DNA of 64,000 nucleotides from Candidatus Poribacteria bacterium (GTDB lineage Bacteria > Poribacteria > WGA-4E > WGA-3G). Position numbers and translations under genes: made by a program. The stretch spans positions 2,080,001 to 2,144,000 of the forward strand of contig CBDANF010000003.1 of the NCBI GenBank assembly GCA_965197475.1, written 5' to 3'. Positions 1 through 8,312 of the stretch are shown piece after piece (the first letter of the stretch is position 1; every line of letters starts with the position of its first letter). The notes under the pieces are model-generated. The model did not search any database and was not told where the DNA came from. It saw nothing but the letters and a program-made list of their open reading frames with translations.

Positions 1-2
1 AA

Positions 3-844
3 CCCCAATTTTCTAAAGACAGGCGCGCCTTCTGTTATTATAGTGACTTTGATGCACATCCCTTCGCTTCACTAAAACAAAAAATTGAAGGAAAACTAAG
101 ACCTAACGGGTGGGTGATCTATAGTAGTGATAGTGAGCGTGGACTTGCTGTCGCAAAGGATGGCAATGTTGTTTTTTCAAAGGAAAAGAAGGATGCCTTT
201 ACAGAATGGGCCCCATTGAGAGACCTAAAAAACTTCCACAGTTTTTTACACAACCGATGCCAAAAATCGCTTTAGACACACAAATACATTGGGCCGCTGA
301 TTCTAAATATGTCTATGTTTTAGATGAAACCGGCATCTGGCGACTTGAACTCGGAATTATCTATTTTCCGCTGTGGACAAAGGTTGTGAATTCCAATACC
401 ATCACTCGCTTTCAACTTCCAAGGACAGGAACATATTTGCTGTACGAAACGCTACCGGATACCAATTCAAAAGGAGATGATAACTTCCTTATCAAGTTGG
501 ATGACTTCTCAAAAGGTGTGTATGATCTACCAGATCCGCACAAACTCACGCGTGATATTTGGTTCGTAGATACCCGAGCAATCAACGAAAAGGAAGAGAA
601 CGAAAAGCCCACAGTTGCAGAAACGGAAGCCGCCCAAGGGCCGATCTGGTTACTTGACGCGACATCTATACTTTCACCTACAAAAATTGTGCGCGGTTGG
701 GGCGCATCCTTTAATCCTATAAGTGATAAAGTTATCAGTTATAGTACCTTTGAAGGTAACTATCTATTAAATCTTGAGAAGCCACCAACGAATCCCATGA
801 TCCCAATAGGCAATGTCCTGTCAACACAGTGGGCATACGATTAG
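3..844 (+). CDS. C-terminal part of a TolB/PD40-like beta-propeller protein, apparently frameshifted near 197-201
   Basis: Frame 3 is open from position 3 (PQFSKDRRAFCYYSD, PD40-like). The frame-2 ORF 206-844 continues with HWAADSKYVY and ASFNPISDKVISY. One extra T in gcctttaca would join them. Confidence 0.5.
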
Positions 845-972
845 GTAGAGTAGACAACACTACCACTGTTGAAGCAAATAAAAAACAGGTAGGAATCTTC
901 TGGGTATCTGCCTGTTCTTCTTCGGTATGCGGGATTGATAAAACAAATTCTTAAACGTTATATGCCCCGAAA

Positions 973-2823
973 TCAAGCACTCAATCCAAGTTCCTTACTG
1001 AGTTCCATCAATTTAGTGTTAATCTTTGTTTTGTCAATCTGGTTTTCACTCACAAACTCTTGGTATGGTCGCGGTAGTCTGTCTGGTAGCATTGCACGGG
1101 AATTCGCCTCCTGTAACGCCAGTAACGACATGAACATTTGCATCTCCGATGAATAGTTTGGCATAAAATCTGCTATCGCCTCGCGCAAATCTTCTTCTGT
1201 GAAAGCATTACGATTCTTGCGTTTTGCGATATTATGGCTCCGTTGTGCAATTTGCATAAGGTCGCTCACACTCACACCACGCAATTTGGCATCTCTTGCA
1301 ATTTCCTGATAATTCATCTCTTCACGTGTGTGGAACCGACAAAAAAACTGCAAAATCCCGCCCCGACTTTCCCGCATAGGGGGTAGCAGTACTAATTTGT
1401 GACTGAATATTTCAGGTCGTCGGAAAATAGGAGGTATTAAATCGGGACGACTTGAAGTACCGATCCATATCACCTTGCCATGCAAGGAAGCATCACTAAT
1501 AGCATTTGTAAGAATAGCAGGAAATGCGCGCTCCATGTTTCCTGTTTTCATACTTGTATGTGGGGATGCTTGTTCAACTTCATCCATAAAAACAACGACC
1601 GGTGCCAGTCCACGAATAAAGTTAATAGCGGAATTCAAGTTCCTCTCATAACTATTTCCATTATCATTAATGTTTATTGATACCTCGCTTATCTGACTCG
1701 CGTAACGGAGTCGGACAAATGCCATATTTGTCTGTCCAGCCAACATTCGTGCTGCAAAGATGTTCCCGTTGCCGGTAGGCCCGAGAAAAAGCACACCACG
1801 TGGCACACGCCTCAAATCCTGTTCTTTTAAACCGTCTGCAATGTCTTCAACAACCCTTGTTACATGAGTCGACCAATGCTGGCGCGGATTAGTAAGCGGT
1901 TCGTTAACTTCAATAATTCCGTGACTGAATGTCTTGACGCTTTCACGTCGATAGTTTGTGAGTATAGGTCCTTCTACTTTCTGTTTTAAAGATGCTGCGT
2001 GCCGCACCAGATCGTGGATGGCGAAAAGATTTAATCCAGCTGCATCTCGTGCTAATGTTTGTTTATCGCGTGCATTTCCAAGGTTTAATTGCACTTGCAC
2101 TTTCGCATCTGGAGAATCCTCTTGAGGTATTTCTTGCGGGATTTTGCTTAAATGCTCAATAAACTTCAGACGTTCATCATAATCTGGAAACGGTACTTCT
2201 ACGATAGGTATTTCTTGGTTCACAAGGAAATGTGAATGAATATCGTAAGTATTTTGCGTGAGAAGTAAGATAATATGCTTTTTTCTACGTATTTCCAGAT
2301 CTGATGCCCAATTTTGGAGTTGATAAAAGAAAAATTGTTGGTTGTCTTTCGCCCCCGTTTCAAACATAGGATGATTCGGTGCGATCTGTTCAAGATGATT
2401 GATTACCAAGCCTATCCTGACCCTGTCTTGTTTCAAGAGCTTATGCATTTTATTTGCCAAATCCTTCGTTGGTAATGGATCGCTTTTAAGAAATGGGTCC
2501 TCATTAAGTTTATTAAGTGAAAGTTGGCTATTAATTCTTTTTCGCATCTCAGTCTCTTCGGGCGGTTCTTGCTCTTTAGGAATAAGTCCTAAAATTTTCT
2601 GCGTTTCCAACCATTTACCTACCCTAGGCCACGTAAATCCTTGTGTTGCATTGTATCCGAGAACTAAACGACATCCTATCGTGTTCAGTTTCTCCATCAA
2701 ATAGTCTATAGCGGGTAAATAACCGTAAGCTTCATCGTACTGCAGATCACTTACATTAAAATGTAATAAAAATTGGTGTGCGGCGGCGACTTTGAATTGT
2801 GATTCAATGTTTTCCCAAAACAT
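973..2823 (-). CDS. AAA+ ATPase-like protein with degenerate Walker A
   Basis: RGVLFLGPTGNGNI at the Walker A position, VVFMDEVE Walker B, and IGTSSRPDLIPPIFRRP second region of homology. Confidence 0.8.
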   Translation of the reverse strand: MFWENIESQFKVAAAHQFLLHFNVSDLQYDEAYGYLPAIDYLMEKLNTIGCRLVLGYNATQGFTWPRVGKWLETQKILGLIPKEQEPPEETEMRKRINSQLSLNKLNEDPFLKSDPLPTKDLANKMHKLLKQDRVRIGLVINHLEQIAPNHPMFETGAKDNQQFFFYQLQNWASDLEIRRKKHIILLLTQNTYDIHSHFLVNQEIPIVEVPFPDYDERLKFIEHLSKIPQEIPQEDSPDAKVQVQLNLGNARDKQTLARDAAGLNLFAIHDLVRHAASLKQKVEGPILTNYRRESVKTFSHGIIEVNEPLTNPRQHWSTHVTRVVEDIADGLKEQDLRRVPRGVLFLGPTGNGNIFAARMLAGQTNMAFVRLRYASQISEVSININDNGNSYERNLNSAINFIRGLAPVVVFMDEVEQASPHTSMKTGNMERAFPAILTNAISDASLHGKVIWIGTSSRPDLIPPIFRRPEIFSHKLVLLPPMRESRGGILQFFCRFHTREEMNYQEIARDAKLRGVSVSDLMQIAQRSHNIAKRKNRNAFTEEDLREAIADFMPNYSSEMQMFMSLLALQEANSRAMLPDRLPRPYQEFVSENQIDKTKINTKLMELSKELGLSA

Positions 2824-3038
2824 ACTCTTTCTCCAGAGATAACTATATGTGTGGGGTAAGGTGCCCCTGCTACATTTCTTAAGTTCATAAACAATCGCTT
2901 AATTAATAGAATAACATAGAAACTCAACCAAAGTCAAACGATTCAGAGTTTGACAATAATCCTGATTTATGATACTCTATTTCTGTTTTACGGTTAATAA
3001 CAAATTTGAACGAAAGCATAGAAAAATGGAAAAATAAT

Positions 3039-3671
3039 ATGATTAGACCAATCACCGTAGGTATTATGGGAGGTTCCGCATCTGGAAAAACAACGTTCGC
3101 TACCGCTTTGGCAGAAAAGCTTACCGATTTTTCTCCTATCACGCTTCACCAAGACTCCTATTTTCGGGATTGGTCAGAATATTCCCCTCAAGAACGCGAG
3201 AAGGTCGTCACCGCTAATCATCCGGATGCAGTGCGCTGGGATGTGCTTATAGCAGATGTTGAAAAACTTCGATCTCGAAATCCAATTGAAACGCCTACAC
3301 CCGGCACCCGTGCAGCCCACCGTGGCGATGAAAAGAAAGTTACACAGCCGAGCGATGTCGTGATTGTGGAGGGACACCTCATCTTTTGGAACGAACACCT
3401 TCGTGAGTTAATGGACATCAAACTCTTCTTGGATGTTGACGCGCATGAACGCTTGCTACGACGAATGCTCCGTGATGTCGGCAAAAGTGGCGGCAATCTT
3501 GAGGGAGCGATAAATTGGTACAGACGGGATGTCCTCCCAAATTTCCCTATCTACACAGAGCCATGCAAAAAGTACGCTGATCTCATAATTCCGTTTTTGA
3601 ATGATAATCCTGTTGCATTACATACAGTTGCTGCAGGGATACGCACTCAACTTACTGATCGGAATGAATAG
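3039..3671 (+). CDS. udk: Uridine kinase
   Basis: GIMGGSASGKTT P-loop, QDSY, NHPDA, VIVEG and RRMLRD motifs. Start is uncertain (ORF track gives 3006). Confidence 0.85.
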   Translation: MIRPITVGIMGGSASGKTTFATALAEKLTDFSPITLHQDSYFRDWSEYSPQEREKVVTANHPDAVRWDVLIADVEKLRSRNPIETPTPGTRAAHRGDEKKVTQPSDVVIVEGHLIFWNEHLRELMDIKLFLDVDAHERLLRRMLRDVGKSGGNLEGAINWYRRDVLPNFPIYTEPCKKYADLIIPFLNDNPVALHTVAAGIRTQLTDRNE

Positions 3672-3726
3672 AACCTACCTTCTCTGCCTATCCTAATCTA
3701 CTCACAACTCTACTATTATCACAACC

Positions 3727-3780
3727 CGCCTTTTTGGCATATACACCGTTTCAAAATGGCACGGATATGCCAATGTGGCA
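3727..3780. promoter_or_regulatory. Three tandem 13-bp imperfect palindromes (yGCC-N5-GGCA), putative enhancer sites for a sigma54 activator
   Basis: cgcc-ttttt-ggca, tttc-aaaat-ggca and tgcc-aatgt-ggca, 100-150 bp upstream of a -24/-12 promoter. Confidence 0.6.
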
Positions 3781-3880
3781 GATTCGTTTTTCATATAAAT
3801 ATAACTCGTTTCTATTAAATCTGTTAACCTTAGGCTATATTGAGGCATAACCACACATAATGAATGGAGAAGCGGTGTTT

Positions 3881-3896
3881 TGGCACATAAATTGCT
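3881..3896 (+). promoter_or_regulatory. sigma54 -24/-12 promoter (distal)
   Basis: TGGCAC-ATAAA-TTGCT, exact GG-N10-GC consensus. Confidence 0.8.
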
Positions 3897-3952
3897 TATA
3901 TCTATTAGTAGACGTAGTAGACGGCAAGAACTTTGGATAGGCTATCAAAAAT

Positions 3953-3968
3953 TGGCATAAAATTTGCA
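3953..3968 (+). promoter_or_regulatory. sigma54 -24/-12 promoter (proximal)
   Basis: TGGCAT-AAAAT-TTGCA, GG-N10-GC, 40 bp before the Hsp20 ATG. Confidence 0.75.
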
Positions 3969-4008
3969 CATTATGCTTACAGAAAACAATAATTTAAGGG
4001 GAAGAAAC

Positions 4009-4461
4009 ATGACAAATTTAGTGACACGCAGACCAATAGGAAACTTATTCAACCTCCACAACGAAATGGGGCGGATTTTCGGAGACTTTTTCACCTCTCA
4101 CACTGGTGGAGCGGATGAGCACAACACCTCTTGGGTTCCGACAGTAGACATCTCTGAAACGGAAAACGGTTTTGAAATTTACGCCGAACTCCCAGGGGTA
4201 AAAGAAAACGATGTCCAAGTCTCAGTAACTGAAAACCTGCTCACAATCAAAGGTGAAAAGCAGCAGGAAGAGAAGACAGATAACAAAAATTTCCATCGTG
4301 TAGAAACGCGGTACGGGAGTTTTCACAGAAGTTTTACGCTACCACAGCAAGTTAAAGCAGATGATATCAAAGCTGGATTCAGAGACGGTGTTTTGACTCT
4401 CAACATTCCAAAGGCAGAAGAGGCAAAACCGACTGAAATCCCGATCACAGTAAATTCTTAA
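4009..4461 (+). CDS. Small heat shock protein Hsp20/alpha-crystallin family
   Basis: WVPTVDISE, AELPGV, RVETRYGSFHRSFTLP, DGVLTL and C-terminal IPI motif. RBS aagggg precedes ATG 4009. Confidence 0.95.
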   Translation: MTNLVTRRPIGNLFNLHNEMGRIFGDFFTSHTGGADEHNTSWVPTVDISETENGFEIYAELPGVKENDVQVSVTENLLTIKGEKQQEEKTDNKNFHRVETRYGSFHRSFTLPQQVKADDIKAGFRDGVLTLNIPKAEEAKPTEIPITVNS

Positions 4462-4472
4462 CCTCACAGAAC

Positions 4473-4511
4473 GGGCATGCCTCATTTACCGAATAGTTTT
4501 GAGGCATGTCC
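4473..4511 (+). terminator. Stem-loop between Hsp20 genes 1 and 2
   Basis: gggcatgcctca ... tgaggcatgtcc inverted repeat, no strong U tract. Confidence 0.45.
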
Positions 4512-4555
4512 TATATGATACAAGCAATAAACTATAGCATATAAGGAGAAGAAAA

Positions 4556-4927
4556 ATGACCTATTTGGCCTTACGCAGACCTTCAGGCAACCCGTTCAGA
4601 TTTTACAACGCACCGTTCGCTCTACAGCGCGTATTTACTCCGGCGAAAGAAAACAAATGGATGCCCTCTACAGACATTTCTGAAACTGATGGCAGCTTTG
4701 AAGTTCGTGCTGAACTCCCCGGCGTTACAAAGGACGATGTCCAGATTTCTGTCAAAGATGGCCTTTTAACGATAAAAGGAGAAAAGCGACAAGAAAAAGT
4801 TGACGACATCAAAGCCGAATTCAACGATGGTGTCCTGACGTTGTCCATTCCAAAACCGGAAGAGGCAAAGCCGAAAGAAATCCCGATCAGTGTTGAATCG
4901 TCTGTGGATTCTCCACAAGAGAACTAA
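4556..4927 (+). CDS. Hsp20 family protein with an in-frame internal deletion of about 28 aa
   Basis: WMPSTDISE, AELPGV, DGVLTL and IPI are present, but KGEKRQEKVD joins directly to DIKAEF. RBS aaggag. Confidence 0.85.
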   Translation: MTYLALRRPSGNPFRFYNAPFALQRVFTPAKENKWMPSTDISETDGSFEVRAELPGVTKDDVQISVKDGLLTIKGEKRQEKVDDIKAEFNDGVLTLSIPKPEEAKPKEIPISVESSVDSPQEN

Positions 4928-4941
4928 AACATTTCACAAAA

Positions 4942-4977
4942 AACAGGGTTGGCACAATTAATTGTGTCAACCTTGTT
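4942..4977. terminator. Long stem-loop after Hsp20 gene 2
   Basis: aacagggttggcacaat-ta-attgtgtcaaccttgtt. Confidence 0.5.
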
Positions 4978-5078
4978 GACGTTGCAATACTTTTGCCGAA
5001 CATTTCAAAGGTATAATGGTCAAAAACAGTGAAAGAATAAAATGATTAGATTACAAATTAGATAAAGGAGAATTTTTA

Positions 5079-5765
5079 ATGAGAAATTCACAACAACATT
5101 GCCCCAGAGGTGATTTCCGAGGGGCACGGAGAGAACACCCCAGACAGGGTGGAGGTGGTAGAAGGAAAAATTACCGTCGTTCGGAACATCCTGAAGGGGA
5201 GAGACAGGGACCACCACAAGCAAGAGGTCCTCGACGACAACACCGACCTGAAGCACGTGGAAATTCGGAACAACACCGACCAAGAGCCAGAAGAAATCGT
5301 CGTCGCGCACGACAAGAAAACTTCAGACCGCATCACCCAATGAGCGATTTTTTCCTTCATCACAATAGGAGGAGACATGTATTTGAAGGGAGATTTGCAT
5401 TTGGTGGGAGAAAAAACAGAAAAAGAAAATCTGGTTGGCATCCATCAATTGAATTTTCTGTTTTTGAAGATAGGTTTGAAGTAATAGTTGAACTCCCCGG
5501 CGTTTCCCAAGACAGTGTCAATGTCTCTGTAACCAATAAATTATTGATAGTAAAAGGGAAAAAGCAGCGGAAGCAAACGGACGAAAAGCATAAGGTACGC
5601 AGGTCTGAATTGCGATACGGTAGATTTAAACGTGTACTTCCACTTCCACCGAGTGCTAAAGCAGATGGAATAAAAGCCGAATTCAAGGATGGTGTTTTAA
5701 CAATAGTGATTCCGAAAAAGGAAGATGCCAAACCGACTGAGATTCCGATCAACGCTGACGTTTAA
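5079..5765 (+). CDS. Hsp20 family protein with a ~120-aa Arg-rich low-complexity N-terminal extension
   Basis: C-terminal alpha-crystallin domain (VELPGV, ELRYGRFKRVLPLP, DGVLTI, IPI). RBS aaggag precedes ATG 5079. Confidence 0.85.
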   Translation: MRNSQQHCPRGDFRGARREHPRQGGGGRRKNYRRSEHPEGERQGPPQARGPRRQHRPEARGNSEQHRPRARRNRRRARQENFRPHHPMSDFFLHHNRRRHVFEGRFAFGGRKNRKRKSGWHPSIEFSVFEDRFEVIVELPGVSQDSVNVSVTNKLLIVKGKKQRKQTDEKHKVRRSELRYGRFKRVLPLPPSAKADGIKAEFKDGVLTIVIPKKEDAKPTEIPINADV

Positions 5766-5810
5766 TCTGTTATATGTAATGCAAGGTTATCTTCCTTGCG
5801 ATAGTTAAAG

Positions 5811-5844
5811 AAAAGGCTAGTGCATAAAGCACCAGCCTGTTTTT
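5811..5844. terminator. Bidirectional intrinsic terminator between Hsp20 and aquaporin
   Basis: aaaaggctagtgc-ataaa-gcaccagcctgttttt between convergent genes. Confidence 0.6.
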
Positions 5845-5858
5845 ATTGCATTAACTAT

Positions 5859-6533
5859 TTACTCTGTCCCAGACTCTTTCTTTTTCAACACTCCGATATA
5901 GAGAAGTGCGGCAAGCACCGCTCCTACAAACGGACCGACAAAATAGAGCCAAAGATCAGCAAAATTTCCGCTGGCTATGGCGGGTCCCAGTGTCCGTGCA
6001 GGATTGAGTGAGGCACGTGTCAACGGGCCACCCATCAGGATGGCAAGCACCAAAGTTAGTCCGATTGCAAGTCCAGCAAAATTTCCGACTTTTCCGCTTA
6101 CGGCTGTATTGAAAATCGTATTGACAAGGAAGAAAGTCAGTATGATTTCAACGAAAAGCCCTTGAATAGGGGTAACCGTAAATGCTCCGCCTGCTTCCGT
6201 TGTTGTTAAAATCGTCACACCGAGATCACTTGCCATCGGTAGCACTGCTTTGAGCACCAACGCCCCTAAAATTCCACCAGCAAACTGAACAATCCAATAA
6301 CCTATGGCTACAGTAAATTGGATTTCACCTGCTACGAGGAGCCCAAGTGTCACAGCTGGATTGATATGCGTACCAGAAATATGTCCATACGCATAAGCAA
6401 ACGTTACAATGACTAATCCGTGTGCAAGTGCGACAGCAACTAAATTCCCTGGGCTAATAGCCAACGCGCCTGCACCGACAAAGATGAGCGCGAAGGTTCC
6501 GATAAATTCTGTTACTAAATTACGAGTATTCAT
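5859..6533 (-). CDS. Aquaporin (MIP family)
   Basis: Two NPA motifs (HINPAVT, SLNPART), EFIGTF, and six hydrophobic segments. Confidence 0.95.
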   Translation of the reverse strand: MNTRNLVTEFIGTFALIFVGAGALAISPGNLVAVALAHGLVIVTFAYAYGHISGTHINPAVTLGLLVAGEIQFTVAIGYWIVQFAGGILGALVLKAVLPMASDLGVTILTTTEAGGAFTVTPIQGLFVEIILTFFLVNTIFNTAVSGKVGNFAGLAIGLTLVLAILMGGPLTRASLNPARTLGPAIASGNFADLWLYFVGPFVGAVLAALLYIGVLKKKESGTE

Positions 6534-6568
6534 AAGGTTCTATAGGCTCAGAGAGTCGCCTCCCTTAG

Positions 6569-6740
6569 GTATGCACGCTTTACCAGCGTGCTGTTTGAAG
6601 TTATAGTAAAGTTCACAATTACTTGAACATTACTGAAGCGCGCTTACAAAGCGCGCTTACCTCTCATCTATGTTATATCAGAATTATAGTTTTGCGTCAA
6701 GAAAAGCCAATTTTAAATCGGGGTTACAAACCCCTCCTAC
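6569..6740. repeat. Cluster of three REP-like hairpins with GTAN tetranucleotide feet
   Basis: GTAT-gcacgct/agcgtgc (6569-6591), GTAA-gcgcgct/agcgcgc (minus, 6636-6660) and GTAG-ga-ggggtt/aacccc (minus, 6718-6740). Confidence 0.55.
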
Positions 6741-6747
6741 AAGATTG

Positions 6748-8106
6748 CTAAATGTTCCATCGATTCTGGAATTGTTCAACCATAGCCTCCGGCCCGCCGT
6801 GCTGCCCCAAGAATTCCAAAAACGCTTGGTAGAGTCGGCGCGCCTCGTCTGTATCCGATTCAAATCGGTTTTTCATCTGCTCCGGATCAGAGGGAAGATG
6901 GAATAAATGTTTAGGTGCGCCCTTGTTTTCCAACAAAAGTGACCAAGTTCCATCTGTTACGCTTCCATGTGCACTTCCGCCATCAGGGCTCCATCCACCA
7001 CCCCATGCGCCATGTGTGATTGCATAATCTCTGCCCGTATCTGTTTCTCCCATGACTATTGGAAGCAGACTATTGCCTTCAACCTGTTTACCGCGCTCCG
7101 CACCGAAAACATCAATCACAGTTGCCGGAATATCAATAATACTCACAAGTGCGTCCGTGTGGCGGGGTGTAACCTCAGGATGATAAATGAGCAGAGGGAT
7201 GTGGACAATCTCCTCGTACATACCGAGGTTTTTAGCGATGAGACCATGTTCACCTAACAAGAAACCATGGTCAGCCATAAAAATGATCATTGTGTTTTCC
7301 ATCAACCCCATATAGTCAATTTTCCGCAGCAATTGCCCGATCCAGTTATCTACGAGACACGCTTCGGCGCGGTATAGCGCATTGAGACGTTGGGTTGTGC
7401 GCTCATCCATTTTATTGGGACCGTAGGTTGGATAGATAGGTTCCGGTCCGTCGTAATCATCCGGATCGAACCGTCTGACGTACCAATCTGGCACATCCCA
7501 CGGCTCATGTGGGTCAAAGGTGTCTACCATCAGATAGAAATTTTCGTGTTGATAGTTGCGTTCCAGCCAGTCACAAGCGGTTTGCATGGTTTGTGCAACA
7601 AAGGTATCTCCTTCATTCTTTCGAAAGTCAGTATTTCTGAGGTGGTTGCCCAGTCCTGGTGGCAATTTTTCTGGATGCGGTCGCGTGTGTTCACGATACC
7701 GCCATGCTATCTCTGATTCATAGTCGTAAGGATGCGTCTCTAAAATATCGGTTTCCTGCCCACGGATCCAATTCCATCCTGTGAACCCTCGGTTATACAG
7801 AAATCCGTCTTTGAGATGGTGTGGGGTATCGGCGATCATCATGCTGACAACACCCGCTTTTGTTAAGGCGTTCGCGATGACAGGCACGTTCCCTTTAAGC
7901 GGTTCCCATCCTCGGCGACATATACCTACCTCTCCAGTCACCAGGTCGCCACGAATTGGCACTGTAGGATAACTACAGACATAGGCTTTGTCAAAGACAA
8001 CACATTTTTCAGCGAAGGCGTTGAGTGCCGGACTATAACCCTTTCCGCCATAAATCTCTAAATTATCTCGTCTAAATGTATCTGAAATAATATGGATAAT
8101 GTTCAA
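6748..8106 (-). CDS. Sulfatase-like hydrolase (alkaline phosphatase superfamily)
   Basis: IISDTFRRD, PTVPIR, DPHEPW and ADHGFLLGEH motifs. TTG start at 8106 after RBS aggaggg. Confidence 0.9.
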   Translation of the reverse strand: MNIIHIISDTFRRDNLEIYGGKGYSPALNAFAEKCVVFDKAYVCSYPTVPIRGDLVTGEVGICRRGWEPLKGNVPVIANALTKAGVVSMMIADTPHHLKDGFLYNRGFTGWNWIRGQETDILETHPYDYESEIAWRYREHTRPHPEKLPPGLGNHLRNTDFRKNEGDTFVAQTMQTACDWLERNYQHENFYLMVDTFDPHEPWDVPDWYVRRFDPDDYDGPEPIYPTYGPNKMDERTTQRLNALYRAEACLVDNWIGQLLRKIDYMGLMENTMIIFMADHGFLLGEHGLIAKNLGMYEEIVHIPLLIYHPEVTPRHTDALVSIIDIPATVIDVFGAERGKQVEGNSLLPIVMGETDTGRDYAITHGAWGGGWSPDGGSAHGSVTDGTWSLLLENKGAPKHLFHLPSDPEQMKNRFESDTDEARRLYQAFLEFLGQHGGPEAMVEQFQNRWNI

Positions 8107-8179
8107 AATTTCCCTCCTTATATGGAAGATGTTGTTTGTATCGTATGAAACCACGCTAAGGATATGGGTTGTTAGATTA

Positions 8180-8312
8180 TACCATTTCTGAAAAATAAAA
8201 TATCAATATAAGATTTTGGGATTCACACTAAGGCAAGCGTGCAAGAGGCGTAATGAATTGCGCGACTACAAACGCGTTTTTGCTAGTGATAGACGATCAT
8301 TCAGAAATGGTA
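8180..8312. mobile_element. 133-bp MITE with TACCATTTCTGAA terminal inverted repeats and TTA target duplication
   Basis: Perfect 13-bp TIRs at 8180-8192 and 8300-8312, TTA at 8177-8179 and 8313-8315, internal GTAG hairpin at 8248-8269. Confidence 0.75.

Noticed and set aside
3757-3770. TGGCAC as a third sigma54 promoter (also at 4950)
   Set aside because: GG-GC spacing is 9 at 3757, and there is no -12 GC at 4950. These fit better as enhancer half-sites and a hairpin arm.
5110-5343. Alternative-frame 77-aa ORF inside the Arg-rich Hsp20 extension
   Set aside because: It has no clear RBS, whereas ATG 5079 has aaggag and is in frame with the crystallin domain. It is not fully excluded.
6534-6700. 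Riboswitch in the structured aquaporin leader
   Set aside because: The hairpins resemble REP elements, and I recognised no known aptamer consensus. An Rfam/Infernal scan would settle it.
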